From Chiloscyllium plagiosum (Eukaryota), in NCBI RefSeq assembly GCF_004010195.1, contig NC_057714.1, positions 15,676,738-15,740,737 of the forward strand: DNA of 64,000 nt. Direction: 5' to 3'. The notes under the pieces were generated by a model. It had not been told where the DNA came from, made no database searches, and saw only the letters and a list, made by a program, of their open reading frames with translations. Positions 37,712 through 50,570 of the stretch are shown here, piece by piece. How positions within the stretch are numbered: the first letter of the stretch is position 1; each line of letters starts with the position of its first letter. The position numbers and the translations under genes were made by a program.

Positions 37712-37990
37712 TGTTAAAAATCACACAACACCAGTTATAGTCCAACAAGTTTATTTGGAAGCGCTAGCTTTTGGCAATCTAGGTTTGTTCAATATATTGT
37801 ATCAGCTGCATGACACTATGATGTTGTGCTATAAATTCAGTGTCTTATTTTTCTGCCCCCATTAGCTACCTGACGAAGGAGCAGAGCTCTCAAAGCAAGT
37901 ATTTCCAAATAAACCTGTTGGACTATAACCTGGTGTTGTGTGGTTTTTAATTTTGTCCATCCCAGTCCAACACCAGCATCTCGTCATCAT
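37712..37990 (+). mobile_element. PLE family B mini-element with inverted arms and 12 bp TSD
   Basis: ttaaaaatcacacaacacca...tggtgttgtgtggtttttaa; TSD cactttctctat at 37700-37711 and 37991-38002; decayed hammerhead cctgacgaaggagcagagctctcaaagc. Confidence 0.85.
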
Positions 37991-38002
37991 CACTTTCTCT
38001 AT

Positions 38003-39400
38003 AGTAATTTCCTCCAAAACTTTAGGATGTAGTTTATCAGGGCTGGGGGATTTATTGACCTTCAATCCATTAATTTCCTGAGTATTAATTACTAATATTG
38101 TTCCTCGTTTTCAAAAGCCACTTAGTTCCCAAGTATTTCTGGCAGATTCTCTGTATTGTCCTGAACATCATGATTCCCCAAAGCTTTCTGCACAGCATGG
38201 TTGCTAATTAGCTCTGTCCCATTAACACAGCAGTAGATCAAAAATCACCTCATCCCTCGCTGATTCTTCAACATACTGCTCCAGAATTCATCTTGTACAC
38301 ACCCCAGGAGTTTCTCCACCAGAGCATTTGCTGATTTGTTTTATCTAATCTCTATGCAAACTAAAGTGACTCATATTTCTGTACCAACCACATTACAAAC
38401 ATCACTCATTTCCTGATTTATACCATATCTAACAATAACATTTACTAGTTGGCACCCTATAATCATAGCTCACCAATGTTTGCTGCCCCTTGCTGTTTCT
38501 TAGCTCCACCTAAATTAATTCTGCATCTTGATCCTTCAGTTTAAATTCTGCGCCACTACTGTACTATTTTAGCCCTTATTAAGAGTATTACTCCACCTCC
38601 ATTCTTTTTTGCCTTTGCTCCTTAAATAACATATATCCTTGAAAATTTGAATCCAGGTATTTTTGTCACTCTGTAAACATGCCTCTGTAATGGCAGTTAA
38701 ATCATACTCATATCCCTCTATCTGTTCCAACAAAATTGTGTATGTTAATGCAAATGCTGAATGCTTTGAGGTTGTATTCTGCATTCTAATCTCATCTTGC
38801 CTTCACTTCCTCTGTCATCTTCTAATTTCACTTGTAGTTTTCTACTTCCTGTTACTGGTTTTGCTTCCCTCCAATCTCAGTTCCCTGTAAGATTCATCTC
38901 CTTGCCAATCTACTTTAAACTCACCAAATCAGCAACAACACTGGCAGGTATCAGTCCCAATACTGCTAAAATACAAGCAGCCATCTTGGATAGGGCCCAC
39001 CTGCTCTGGAATCAGTCACAATGTCTCAGGAATCTGGTCCACTCCCTCTTACACTAATTCTTCACCCACTTGTTCAACCATTCAGTTTTAATATTCCTGT
39101 ACTCACCAGCACCTGACACTGGGAGCAATCATAAGATGACTGCTCTTGAAGTTCTGCTTTTTAGTTTTTTTTCTAATCTGCCTTCGAGTCTTTATCCCTC
39201 TACCTATCTAGGTCTGGACTACAACCTCTGGCTGTTCACTTTCCCCCAAATCAATGTCCTGCAGCTGCTAGGCGAGTTTCTTGATCCTGGAACCAGAGAA
39301 GCAACATACTATCCTGGAGTCATGTGTGTGGCCTCAGAAATGCCTGCTATGTTTCCCAACTAATGAAACCACTCGTTGCTACTGCTTTGTAAGTCTTCTT
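38003..39400 (-). mobile_element. Decayed CR1 (endonuclease and ORF1-side fragments)
   Basis: KSPSPDKLHPKVLEE (ORF 37862..38065); YDLTAITEACL (ORF 38569..38784, APE endonuclease N-terminus). Confidence 0.7.
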
Positions 39401-40928
39401 TCTCTCCTCCAGGGCATTTGAGTCACCTGTGCTGCTGTGTAGTCAATTCTCGCGAGATGTTTTTCCAGGGTTTTCATCCTGTACTCGACAGGACAATTCA
39501 CAAGAAATACAAAAGTAAAGGGAAAACAGCGCTTATTCTGTATGAAAGGAGAACGCTGACTTGCAAGTGGATTCTGATCAGCAGAGGCATTGACATGGAG
39601 AATGTACCAAATAATGAATACTATGTATAAAGTGGTACTGACTTGATCTTTGTTGTTTTATTGTAGCTAAATCTGATGCATTTTGATAGCACCTGTAACT
39701 CTCTAATTCAGCCATTTGTTTGAGTCAGTCATGGTCCTTCGACATTTTCAAATGTTTCAGGGAGTGGCAAGTTTAATTTTTCTGAGTTTTGTCCTGCTCC
39801 AGGTGTTCATAGGGAGCATGATATGATGTTTCTCCCACTGTGGTAACTTTACGGCAGGTTGGGTTTTCAAGTTGCTCAGATATGCTCAAAACTGCGACAA
39901 TCTATTGTTGTGGGTTCAGTTCTAGATGACTTTCACAGTGTTTCAATCTAAGTTACAGATATGTTTAAATGCTTGGTTCTTTTTTAAAAACAAGTTAAAC
40001 TGAGCCACTTATACACATCACATTTTGAAGATGGACTAAGCTACAGCCCCTTCACTAGAGTCTCATGTCCACCATCATGCGGTCAAAATGTAATCAATGG
40101 CAAACCTTCCTTTGTTGTTCAGGAATTAACTGTTTAATCCACATATGTACCATATATCATAAAGTAAGGCACTAAAAGTAAAAATCACACATTAGGTATA
40201 CAATCACAAATGCATGTTGAACTGTCAATCAACCAGGGATGAATTATTATATAGCAGCCTGCAAATGTCTGTTCAAGACAGCCCTGTTGAAGTTTATTTG
40301 CAGGTGGCACCAGTAGCTCACTTCTGCATCAGTTCTTGCTTGCACACAGCAGCGTTTTCTTTTTGTTTGGAATTGCAGGGACCGATGTATTATCAAAGCA
40401 CTAAAAGCATGTAACACAGAAGGACTGTATCACAGGGACTAAACTTTGTAAACAAGTAGCTGTGTATCTGTAAATGTGATTTCCCCTGACATAAATGACA
40501 GAAACATATGGCACAAGACAAGAAATGTCTGATACCAGGATAGATTAATATCCTGCTATATTTATTGGCTATATTTATGATATGATCCTATCTGACAGTG
40601 TAAGACAAGGGAGAAACAACTAATGACTTTTTCTTGAACCTGCTGACAAAAGACAGTTGACCAGGCAAAAAACTTTTTTTAAACTAACCAATTCTTTAAC
40701 CTTTTTTTTAAGAAACAAAATTTTTAATGATACACAAACTACTGCACAGAAATCAGTGGTACAGAGCAGCATGGAACATTGCCAGATTCCTACAAAATTC
40801 ATGGTTGTGTTAAAGCATGATAGGCTGAGAGATGGGAAACCTCATAAAATTGTGATGGAAGGTAGCGGGAAGTAAGGCCTGATATCTGTCCACTGCCACA
40901 GTATTCTCAACTAAGTCATTTAAGAGAT

Positions 40929-41088
40929 CAGGTCAAGCAGCATCCAAGGAGCAGGAAAATCACCGTTTTGGGCATAAGCCCTTCATCAGGGCTCATTCCT
41001 GATGATGGGCTTATGTCCGAAATATCAGTTCTCCAGCTCCTTTGATGCTGCCTGACCTGCTGCGCTTTTCCAGCAACACATTTTTAAG
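40929..41088. mobile_element. PLE family A palindromic mini-element with two decayed hammerheads
   Basis: gggcataagcccttcatcagg-gctcatt-cctgatgatgggcttatgtcc centre; inverted arms. Confidence 0.82.
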
Positions 41089-41417
41089 ACATATGACTTT
41101 CCATTGCATTAAAGAAATCAAGTACTGTAAATGAAAGTTGTTAGCCTGGTGTTTTGTTTCCATCAACTTCAATGGATTGCCAAGATGTTTTATGGCAGCC
41201 ACAAAATTGTCTTTCTGGCTTCAGGCCCTAATCAATTTATTTGGAAAAAAATTGGTCATTTAGCATGTACATTTTTTTCCCTGACTTCAGTTAGCTCAAG
41301 GAAATAAATTCTCCGAAAGGAATAAACGCAAAGGAGTCAATACCTGGTCTGGAGAGACGCTAAGGAAGCTGCTTTTTTGGTCTTTACCAATATGGTGGAT
41401 GATGCACTTCTTTAAAA

Positions 41418-41933
41418 CATGGAATCCCTACAGCCATTTGCCCCAACAAGTCCACACCAACCCTATGAAGATAAACCCAGCCAGACCCATTCCCTTACCC
41501 TACTACTCCACATGTCCCCTGATTAATACAGAGCTGAAAATGTGTTGCTGGAAAAGCGCAGCAGGTCAGGCAGCATCCAGGGAACAGNNNNNNNNNNNNN
41601 NNNNNNNNNNNNNNNNNNNNNNNNNNNNNNNNNNNNNNNNNNNNNCTGACCTGCTGCGCTTTTCCAGCAACACATTTTCAGCTCTGATCTCCAGCATCTG
41701 CAGACGTCACCTTCTCCCCTGATTAATACACCTAACCTACACATTCCTGTACACTCTCGGCAATTCAGCACGGCCAATTCACCTATCCTGAGCATCTTTG
41801 GACTGTGGGAGCAAACCCTCGCAAACACCGGGAGACTGTGCAAACTCTACACAGACAGTCACCCGAGGCTGGAATCGAACCCAGAACCCTAGCACTGTGA
41901 GGCAGCAGTGCTAACCACTGAGCCATCATGCCA
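41418..41933 (-). mobile_element. HE1-like V-SINE interrupted by a PLE palindrome
   Basis: Tail at ~41418, head at ~41933; insert at 41531-41714. Confidence 0.85.
41531..41714. mobile_element. PLE family A palindrome with 16 bp TSD and a central assembly gap (N, 41588-41645)
   Basis: Arms gagctgaaaatgtgttgctggaaaagcgcagcaggtcag / ctgacctgctgcgcttttccagcaacacattttcagctc; TSD tcccctgattaataca at 41515-41530 and 41715-41730. Confidence 0.88.
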
Positions 41934-42349
41934 TCTCTAACTTCTGGTTAGGCATGTATGCTGGCTGCCATGTTGAATTCATTTGTACCTCCTTTTACCT
42001 GTAAAAATGACACAATCTCCATCAAGTCTTGGGTCCAAATGTCAAAGATGAATCAGAAGACACTGTCTTAATGGTTCACCAATTAATAGACATGTTTCAC
42101 AGAATATTTGGTTGTTTTTCTTATCCAGTACAGCTAGTCCTTGAAGAAACTTTGCAGATTTTGCCTCTCAAGCTGGTAAAGGAGGAGATAGAGAGATTTT
42201 AATTTATAATTGGTTAAAATGTTATGGGGAGAAGACAGTAAAGTGGAGCTGAGTCCGAGATAAGATCAAGTTGCGGTCGTATTAAATGACAGAGCGGTCT
42301 CGAGGGCCTGAATTGCCAACAATTGATCCTAGCTTTTATTGAAGTTATG

Positions 42350-42695
42350 GCGACACGGTGACTCATTGGCTGACATTGCTGTATCAGAGGGTTCAATTCC
42401 AACCTTGGCAACTATCTGTGTGGAGTTTGCACATTCTCCCCGTGTCTGTGTGGGTTTCCTCCAGGTGGCTTCGGTTTCCTTCCACAGTCCAAAGATGTGC
42501 AGGTTAGGTAGTTTTGCCATGCTAAATTGCCCACTGTCGTCCAGGGATGTGTAGGCTAGGTGGACTATCCATGGGAAATGCAGGGTTACAGAGAAGGGTA
42601 GGGGATGGCGGGTCTAGGTGGGATGCTGTTTGGAGGGCCAGTGTGGACTCAATGGGTCGAATGACCTGCTTCCATACTGTAGGGATTCTATGATT
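42350..42695 (+). mobile_element. HE1-like V-SINE (preceded by a CR1 tail at 42210-42330)
   Basis: ggttcaattcc box B, V-domain, gggattctatgattct tail. Confidence 0.85.
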
Positions 42696-44239
42696 CTGCG
42701 AAGTCTAATACCTAAAGGTTAGAGCTCTGATCTAAATCATTCAGCAGTGATTTATTTGTACACCCATTAGAAACAAATGTAAAGAAATTTTGCATTAATT
42801 ACTACTGAATGAAGTCTTGATTTTGCAATTTTAAATAAAAAGGAAATTTCAAAGCTACCTTTAAGGAAATATTTATGGTCAATTTTGAGTTTTGTCCTGT
42901 TTGTTAATGAGTTTTACACCTGACTGCTGTACTAGAAATCAAATGTATGAATAACTTTCAAATTATTGTGCATGTGTAAAATACACATTGACTATTTTTC
43001 AGATATATTGTACCAAAGAGCTTCAATCCAACTGAACAAGAAACACTAACTGCTGAATAAATTGGTCAACCCCTTGGAGAGCCTTCTGAGCTGGCTGGTG
43101 CTAAAGTGAATCATTCTTTGCCTACTCACCTCTTTCCATATGCTTCTAATGTACTGGAAAGCCTTCCGCACTGATTGCTTTTGATTACATCTTAGGATAT
43201 CTCGGGCTGCTGAATGTTCCAAATAGAACAATCTTGACTTCTCTTCCAAAAACCCTCTGGACTGATCATTGTCAGGTTAAGTTATGTTTTAATAGCAGGC
43301 ATATCAATGCGAGGTTTGTGCACAGCTGTGTTAAAATCGAGAGGCCTAAATAAGCAGTAAAACCATGTGAGTTTTTCCATTTATCATAGCCTTCTGACAG
43401 AAACTCTGACAAGCTAGTTTGTGCTACTGTGTGTTCTGTGCCAGGATATTCCCAGAATCCATTATTCCCAGGTCAGTGAATATATCTTCTAAATGGTGCA
43501 ATAATTAATGAAACATTTGCATTTTTCTCTTCCAATGACTTCACATGCAACCAAGCTGAGAAACTGGAGACAAGACAAACTATTATTCACGACAGATGGC
43601 AGAGGTGAAAAATTCAACCACACATTGTTTTCCTTCTTTCTCAAATAAACACACCAGCAAAAACGACACTTGGCTGAAGCAACAACAATTAGAGTTTTCC
43701 CCCCTCGGACACTTACATTTATTTCCATGTGGACATGACATCTGCTGAATGGTCCTGAAAAACCCATGCATCATTTTTGCTCTTAAATACATTGCTTTAT
43801 CCAGTGGAAGCAACAACCCAGCAAACAGTGACATCCTATATTCAGGAACGTTCACATTTAAAGGTCACATCTCAAGGCAACAGTTCATCAAAGTGATCCC
43901 AATCAAAGGATAATATAAGTAGCACATTTACCACAGAACCTTAAATTAAACTCTTGACATTGTAGCATGTTGAGAAACTGAAGGTAGGATTCAGTTGCCG
44001 TGGGTGAATTGTCAGTGTTCTGTTAAAAATACATCATATTCTCTACCTTCTCTGTATTTAGCACATAAAAGTAGAAAATATTTAGCATAGGGAAAAGTTT
44101 GATTGAGATTAGTAGAATATTAAAAACAGTAGGGTACAGAAAATACATCATGATGTGCAATGGGATACCAAAGATATAAGAGAGCATATTATGACTCTAT
44201 AGAATATGGGAATTTTATGAGAAAGAAATATGCATTAAA

Positions 44240-44490
44240 ATAGCATATACCATAATCTCCAGGTGTCCCAAAATGCTTTTAGCCAATGTAGTATTTTGGA
44301 TGTGTTGTAATATAAGAAATGTGGCAGACAAGCAAGCTCCCACAAACAGTAATAAACTAAATGACCCATATCATTTTTTCTGGAAGTCGAGTGAGAGCTG
44401 GATTTTGGCTAGTTCAGCAGGACTCCTATTTTCCTTTTTGAATCAAGCTGAGTGATTTCTATACCTATGTGTACAGGCAGATGGGGTCAA
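44240..44490 (-). mobile_element. DeuSINE (SacSINE1/AmnSINE-like) remnant; head probably at 45040-45175
   Basis: cccaaaatgcttttagccaatg...gcaagctcccacaaacag...ggcagatgggg resembles the Deu-domain region; 45040-45175 ends gtgcgaccactggttgacagctgac (reverse tRNA-like head). Confidence 0.5.
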
Positions 44491-46224
44491 TGTTCCCACT
44501 AAGCTACAATGATCACAGGCTTGCAGCAGCCTGAAAGGTACTGCAAAAACCTTGTTCTTAACCAAATACTTTGTGTGCACAACAAAAGAATGTAAAAGTA
44601 CTGTCCATCAAAAGAAACTGGCTTCACACAATAAAATTTTACCAAGGAGTAATGGTTAGTGTATGTCTTACAGTCAGTATGTCAGTACATCTTTAAGAAA
44701 CATGCTCATGATACCATAACTGTATCATAGCGTGTGATCCTATGGTATAAAGTTAGTTAACATTCCTATCTTAACTCAAGCCACTTGAAGCATGATACAC
44801 TGATGGAATCATGTTACTCCCTGTAATCAAACAATTTAATGTCAAATGGGACATGGATGTACTTATGAATGTAATATTTGTGTTATTAGTCAACTATAAT
44901 AAATATCTGTTCAATCTTTCAATACCACATTACTGACAACCTAGACTCTTATATAGTGAGGCATAAGATAAGCATTGTGGCATCAGGAATAGATACCCTG
45001 TTGGAGGTAAAACACACACAAAGTGGGGTCTTTGTTAAATTTCTTATCTGCTAGACAACATATCAAGCCCAACTACAGCACTGCCTCAGTAATGCACTGT
45101 CACTCAAATCTCCCGAGTGGGACTGTCTTCCACAGCCTTTTGTTGTAAAAGTGCGACCACTGGTTGACAGCTGACTCTTAAACTCTATATACTTGCAGGT
45201 CAGACTCTTTAGACTGGTACAAAAGAAACAACATACCTTGGAATTTTATGGCCCCAAAGAGTAGGATGGCAAGCTATAGGGTTGAAACTTGCTTGCCCTG
45301 ACAGTGCCATTGTGTCCACTGCATAAACTGTGATTTTTAAGTGTGGCAGGGGAGGCTTTGAGATGTTCACTCGCCCCTGAACTTATGGCAAATTAAGAAT
45401 CTCCCTCTACCATCCCTGGGATTTCCCTTATGGCAGACGATAGCCTAGAGCAAGTGACCAGGCTATCAAGTGAAAATTGGTTAAATTGATGGCCAGGCAA
45501 GGATGGGTTTTTAGACCTTCTTTTCAAGTTCCCTTTGCCAATGGGAATCTGCGGCCAAGATATTGCCCCTCACATTTCCAGACCATTCCTCTTCCCCCTA
45601 GATGGAGCATACCATCCATCCCAGCTCACCACCCTCCTGCCAGCCTGGCCTGAGTAACACCTTTGACTTATCTTTGCCTGAGTTTAATCAGTGTCTGCTT
45701 TTCATCCTCTTCAATCTCTGCAATGGTGACTGTTCCAAATGGTGCTCCTGTGATGACAACTGCTGACCCTCTGCTTGGCAGCCCTGAGATATAGGATGTC
45801 TGTCATGAGGGTGGAGAAAGGTCTGTCTCGGGCAGACTAACGGATTGTTTTCCATTAAACGGTTGCAGGAACAGGTTTGCAAATCAACATTCGGCTTGCC
45901 AAACACCGCATAAAAATTATTTGAGGGAAAATAATAGATCGTGGACTAATTACTTTGAAAATTGTGAAATTATACGGATAGTCGAGAGAGCATCCAGTTA
46001 TAAAAGTTAATTCCACATAAATGCTCTTTTATCCATATTAGAGTTATTAATCACATCTTCAGAACTCATGACTCAAAGGTTAGCAAAGGTGCTTGTGTAA
46101 ATAAATAATGCTGATAGTTCTCTGAATCCTATTCTTTCACATGTTTCATACTGAAGTGGTGCGATATTAGCGCTTGTAATTGTAATAATTGTGAACTTTT
46201 GGAATTGCTGGTTTTATACAGAAA

Positions 46225-46568
46225 GAATCCCTACAGTATGGAAACAGGCCATTCAGCCCATTGAGTCCACAACAAACCTCCAAAGAGCGTCTCACCAGTC
46301 CCACTTCCTGCCCACGTCCACCCCCATCTGTGTAACCCTGAATTTCCCGGCTAACCCACTTAGCCTGCACATCGCTGGGCACTATAGGCAATTTAGCATG
46401 ACCAATCCACCTAACCTGCACATAATTAGTCAGTGAGAGGAAACCAGAGCACCCGGTGGAAACCCAAGCAGACACGGGGGGAGTGTGCAAGCTCCAGACA
46501 GTCGCCCAAGGGTGGAATTGAATCCAGGTCCCTGCTGTTGTGAGACAGCAGTGAACCACCATACCACC
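46225..46568 (-). mobile_element. HE1-like V-SINE
   Basis: gaatccctacagtatggaaacaggcc tail; V-domain; decayed head. Confidence 0.85.
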
Positions 46569-47070
46569 CCCACTGGGGAGTAGGAATACAGGTTGAGTCA
46601 TAGAGCTGTACAGCATGGAAACAAACCTTTCAGTCCAACTCATCCATGCTGACCAGATATCCTAAATTAATCTAGGCCCATTTGTCAGCATGTAGCCCAT
46701 GTGCCTCCAAACCTTTTCTATTCATAAACCCATCCAGATGCCTTTTAAATGTTTTAATTGTACCAGCCTCCATCCCTTCCTCTGACAGCTCATTAAATAC
46801 ATGCACCACCTCCTACGTGAAAAAATTTGCCCCTTAGATCCCTTTTAAATCTTTCCCCTCTCAGCTTAAACCTGTGCCCTTGAGCTATGCACTACCCCAC
46901 CCCGGGGAAAAGACCTTGGCTATTCACCCTATCCATGCTCCTCTTTATTTTATAAAACTCTATAATGTCCCTCAGCACCAATGCTCCAGAGAAAATAGGT
47001 CCGACTATTCAGCCTCTCCCTATAGCTCTAACCCTGGCAACAACCTTGTAAATCTTTTCTGAACCCCTTC

Positions 47071-47296
47071 AAGAGTATACTTAAGAGGGAAATCAAGGAC
47101 ATGCGATAGCTTTGACAAATTGGGTTAAGGAGAATACATTAGGGAGAAATGAGTAACAAGGGAGAGATTAGAGCCCCTTGAAGATCAGCAAGGCCACATA
47201 TGTGTGGAACCGCAGGAGATGGGGGAGATACTAAATGAGTATTTTGCGTATGGGTTTACTGTAGAGAAGGATACGAAAGATAGAGAACATGGGGAA
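47071..47296 (+). repeat. 226 bp inverted copy of 48337-48562 inserted in the same CR1
   Basis: Reverse-complement match with about 3 mismatches. Confidence 0.9.
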
Positions 47297-49356
47297 CATC
47301 CTTCCTATAGCTGGGAGACCAGAACTGCACACAGTATTCCAAAAGTGACCTTATCAATGTCCCGTACAGCTGCAACATGACCTCTCAACTCCTGTACTCA
47401 ATGTACTGACCAATAAAGGCAAAAATTTTCTTCACTATCCTGTTGATCTAGGGTTCCACTTTCAAGGAACTATGAACCTGTACTCCGAGGTGTCAAAGGT
47501 TCAGCAACACTCCCCAGGACTGTAATATTACATGTACGTGTCTTGCCCTGCTTTGCTTTTCCAAAATGCAACACCTTATATTGATCTAAATTAAACTCCA
47601 TCTGCCGCTCCTCAGCCCATTAGCCCATCTGATCAAGGTCCCTTGTATTCTGAGGTAACCTTCTTCACTGTCCATTACACCTCTAATTTTGGTGTCATCT
47701 GCAAGCTTACTAACCATACCTCCTTTGTTCACATCAAAATCATTTACATAAATGACAAAAAGCAGTGGACCCAGCACTGATCCTTGTGGCACACTCTGGT
47801 CACAGGCCTTCAGTCTGAAAAGTCTCCACCACCATCCTTTGTCTTCTTCCTTCAAGCCAATGCTGTATCCAAATAGCTAGTTCTCCCTGTATTCCATGTG
47901 ATCTATCCTCTTCATTACTTCTTCAAAAAATTCAAGGAAGTCAATGAGAAATGATTTCCCACACACATCTAAGTTGACTATCCCTAATTAGTCCCTGCCT
48001 TTCCAAATATATGTAAATCCAATCCTTCTGGATTCCCTCCAAGAACTTGCCCACTTCTGACAGGCTCACTGGTTTATAGTTCCCTGGCTTTTCCTTACCA
48101 CTTTTCTTCAGAAGTGACACTACATTAGCCCATGTCCGGTCTTCTGGCACCTCACCTGTGGCTATCAATGTGACAAATATCTCAGCAAGAGGCCCAACAA
48201 TCACTTCCCTAGCTTCCCACAGAGTTCTAGGGTACACTTGATCAGGTCACAGGGACTTATCCATCTTTATGCATTTTAAGATCTCCAGTACCACTTCTTC
48301 TGTAATATGGACATTTCACAAGATACCACTATTTATTTCCCCATGTTCTTTATCTTTCGTATCCTTCTCTACAGTAAACCCATACGCAAAATACTCATTT
48401 AGTATCTCCCCCATCTCCTGCGGTTCCACACATATGTGGCCTTGCTGATCTTTAAGGGGCTCTAATCTCTCCCTTGTTACTCATTTCTCCCTAATGTATT
48501 CTCCTTAACCCAATTTGTCAAAGCTATCTCATGTCCTTGATTTCCCTCTTAAGTATACTCTTACTGCCTTTATACTCTTCTAGGGATTCACTCCATCCCT
48601 GCTGTCTATACCTGTCATATGGTTTATTCTTATTCTTGACAAAAAACACAATTTCTCTAGTCATCCAGCTTTCCCTACACCTATTAGTCTTGCCCTTTGC
48701 CCTCACAGAAACATATGTGGACTCTCGTTATCTCACATTTGAAGGCTTCCCATTTTCCAGCCATCTCTTTATCTGCGGACATCACCCCAATAAACTTTTG
48801 AATGTTCTTGTCTAATACAGTCAAAATTAACCTTCCTCCAATTTATAATTTTACGTTTCCGATTCTGTCTATCCTTTTCCATCGCTATTTTCAAACTATT
48901 AGAAAATGGTCCTGACCCGAAAGTGCTCCCCCTTCAGTCACCTGCCCTGCCTTATTTCCCAAGAGTAGGTTACGTTTTGCACCTTCTCTAGTAGGTACGC
49001 CCACATACTGAAACAGAAACATTTCTTGTATACAAAGTCCTCCCCATCCAAGCCTTTAACACTATGACAGTCCGAGTCTATGTTTGGAAAGTTAAAATCC
49101 CCTACCATTACCACCCTATCATTCTTACAGATAACTGAGATTTCTTTACAAATTTATTTCTCAGTTTCCGGCTATTGGAGGTGATCATCCCTTTCTTATT
49201 TCTCAGTTCCGCCCAAATAACTTCCCTGGACCTATTCCCAGGAATATGCTCTTTAAGTACAGCTGTAATGGTATCCCTAATCAAAAAGGCCACTCCCTCT
49301 CCTCTCTTCCTACCCCCCAATCCCTGCCACACCCTTCCTATGGTATCTATATCCTG

Positions 49357-49412
49357 GTTGAAACTTTATTGCTGGAACAGCACAGCAGGTCAGGCAGCAT
49401 CCAGGGAACAGG
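49357..49412 (-). mobile_element. PLE family A terminal fragment
   Basis: gttgaaactttattgctggaacagcacagcaggtcaggcagcatccagggaacagg is the reverse complement of 37020-37075. Confidence 0.8.
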
Positions 49413-49639
49413 ACCCTGAACCATGTCTCTGCCTCAGCTATATCCCAGTCCCATGTCGCTAACCATGCCCTGAAATAATTTGCCTTACCTGTTAGGCCTC
49501 TTGCATTGAAATAAATGCAATTTAATTTATCAGTCCTACCTTGTGCTCAGCTTTGTTCCTGCTTGTTTGACTCACTCCTTTTCCCAACTGCATCAGTCTC
49601 AGACTGATCTGTTTTCTCACTGTCTCCCCTACTTACTAG

Positions 49640-50570
49640 CTTAAATCCTCCCGAACAGCTTGAGCAAATGTTCCCACCCGTATATTAGTCCCCTTCCATT
49701 TCAGGTGCAATCCGTCCTTCTTATAGAGTTCACTTCTACCGCAGAAGAGATTCCAATGATCCCAGAATGTGAATCCTTCTCAGCTGTGCCAGCTCCTCAG
49801 CCACACATTAATCTACTCTATCCTCCTAATCCTACCATCACTAGCTTGTGGGGCTATGAGCAATCCACATATTACTCCCCTCAAGGACCTCCTTTTAAAA
49901 TTCCTACCTAAATTCCTATGTTCTCTCCTTAGAATATTGTCCTTTTCCCTTCATATGTCATTAGTTCCAATGTGTACAATGACCTCCTGCTACTCTCTCT
50001 CCCTTTTGAGAATATTCTACATCCTCTCCAAGATATCCTTGATCTTGGCACCAGGGAATAAATACACCATTCTGATCTCTTGTTATTGGTAACAGAAACA
50101 TCTAACTGTGCCTCTGACTAGAGAGTCCCCTATCACAATTAATTGCTTGGAACCTGATATGCCCTCATTACATTAGAGCTAGTCTCAGTATCAGGAATCT
50201 GGCTGTCAGTGCTACATTCCCCTGAGAGTGCATTGCCCCCTGCATTTTTCAAACAGCATTCTTGTTTGAGATGAAGATAGCCACAGGCTATGCTTACACC
50301 ACCTATCTACCCCTCTGACATTTCCTGGAGGTAACCCATGTACCTAACTATATCTATGGTTTTCTCCCCTCCTGTAACTGCCATCGATCACATCCCCTAG
50401 CTCCCATAAATTCTTCACTGCCTCCAACTGATGCTCCAACCAATCCATGCGATCAAATAGGATTCACAACCAAACACACTTCCTGCAGACATAATCATCA
50501 GCGACATGGAAATTCTCCATAATCTCGCATATTCGACAGGAAGGGTACATCACTCTACTAAAGGTCATCT
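49640..50570 (-). pseudogene. CR1 ORF1 with Cys-rich N-terminus and SGNH/GDSL esterase domain
   Basis: IVIGDSLVRG (~50110-50140), VIVHIGTND (~49957-49984), KDGLH (~49705-49720), DDYVCRKC (~50475-50500); disrupted. Confidence 0.8.

Larger units (their letters stand above)
36257..37739. repeat. 664 bp direct duplication (36257-36920 / 37076-37739) flanking a PLE fragment
   Basis: Offset 819; only one mismatch seen (36741 g vs 37560 t). Confidence 0.95.

Noticed and set aside
43130-43249. Candidate minus-strand coding exon (…VRKAFQYIRSIWKE|gtgagt)
   Set aside because: Good donor but no convincing acceptor or protein similarity.
45240-45920. Possible MITE bounded by ggaattttatg / cataaaaatt
   Set aside because: Inverted ends are short and imperfect with no clear TSD; cannot be supported without a library search.
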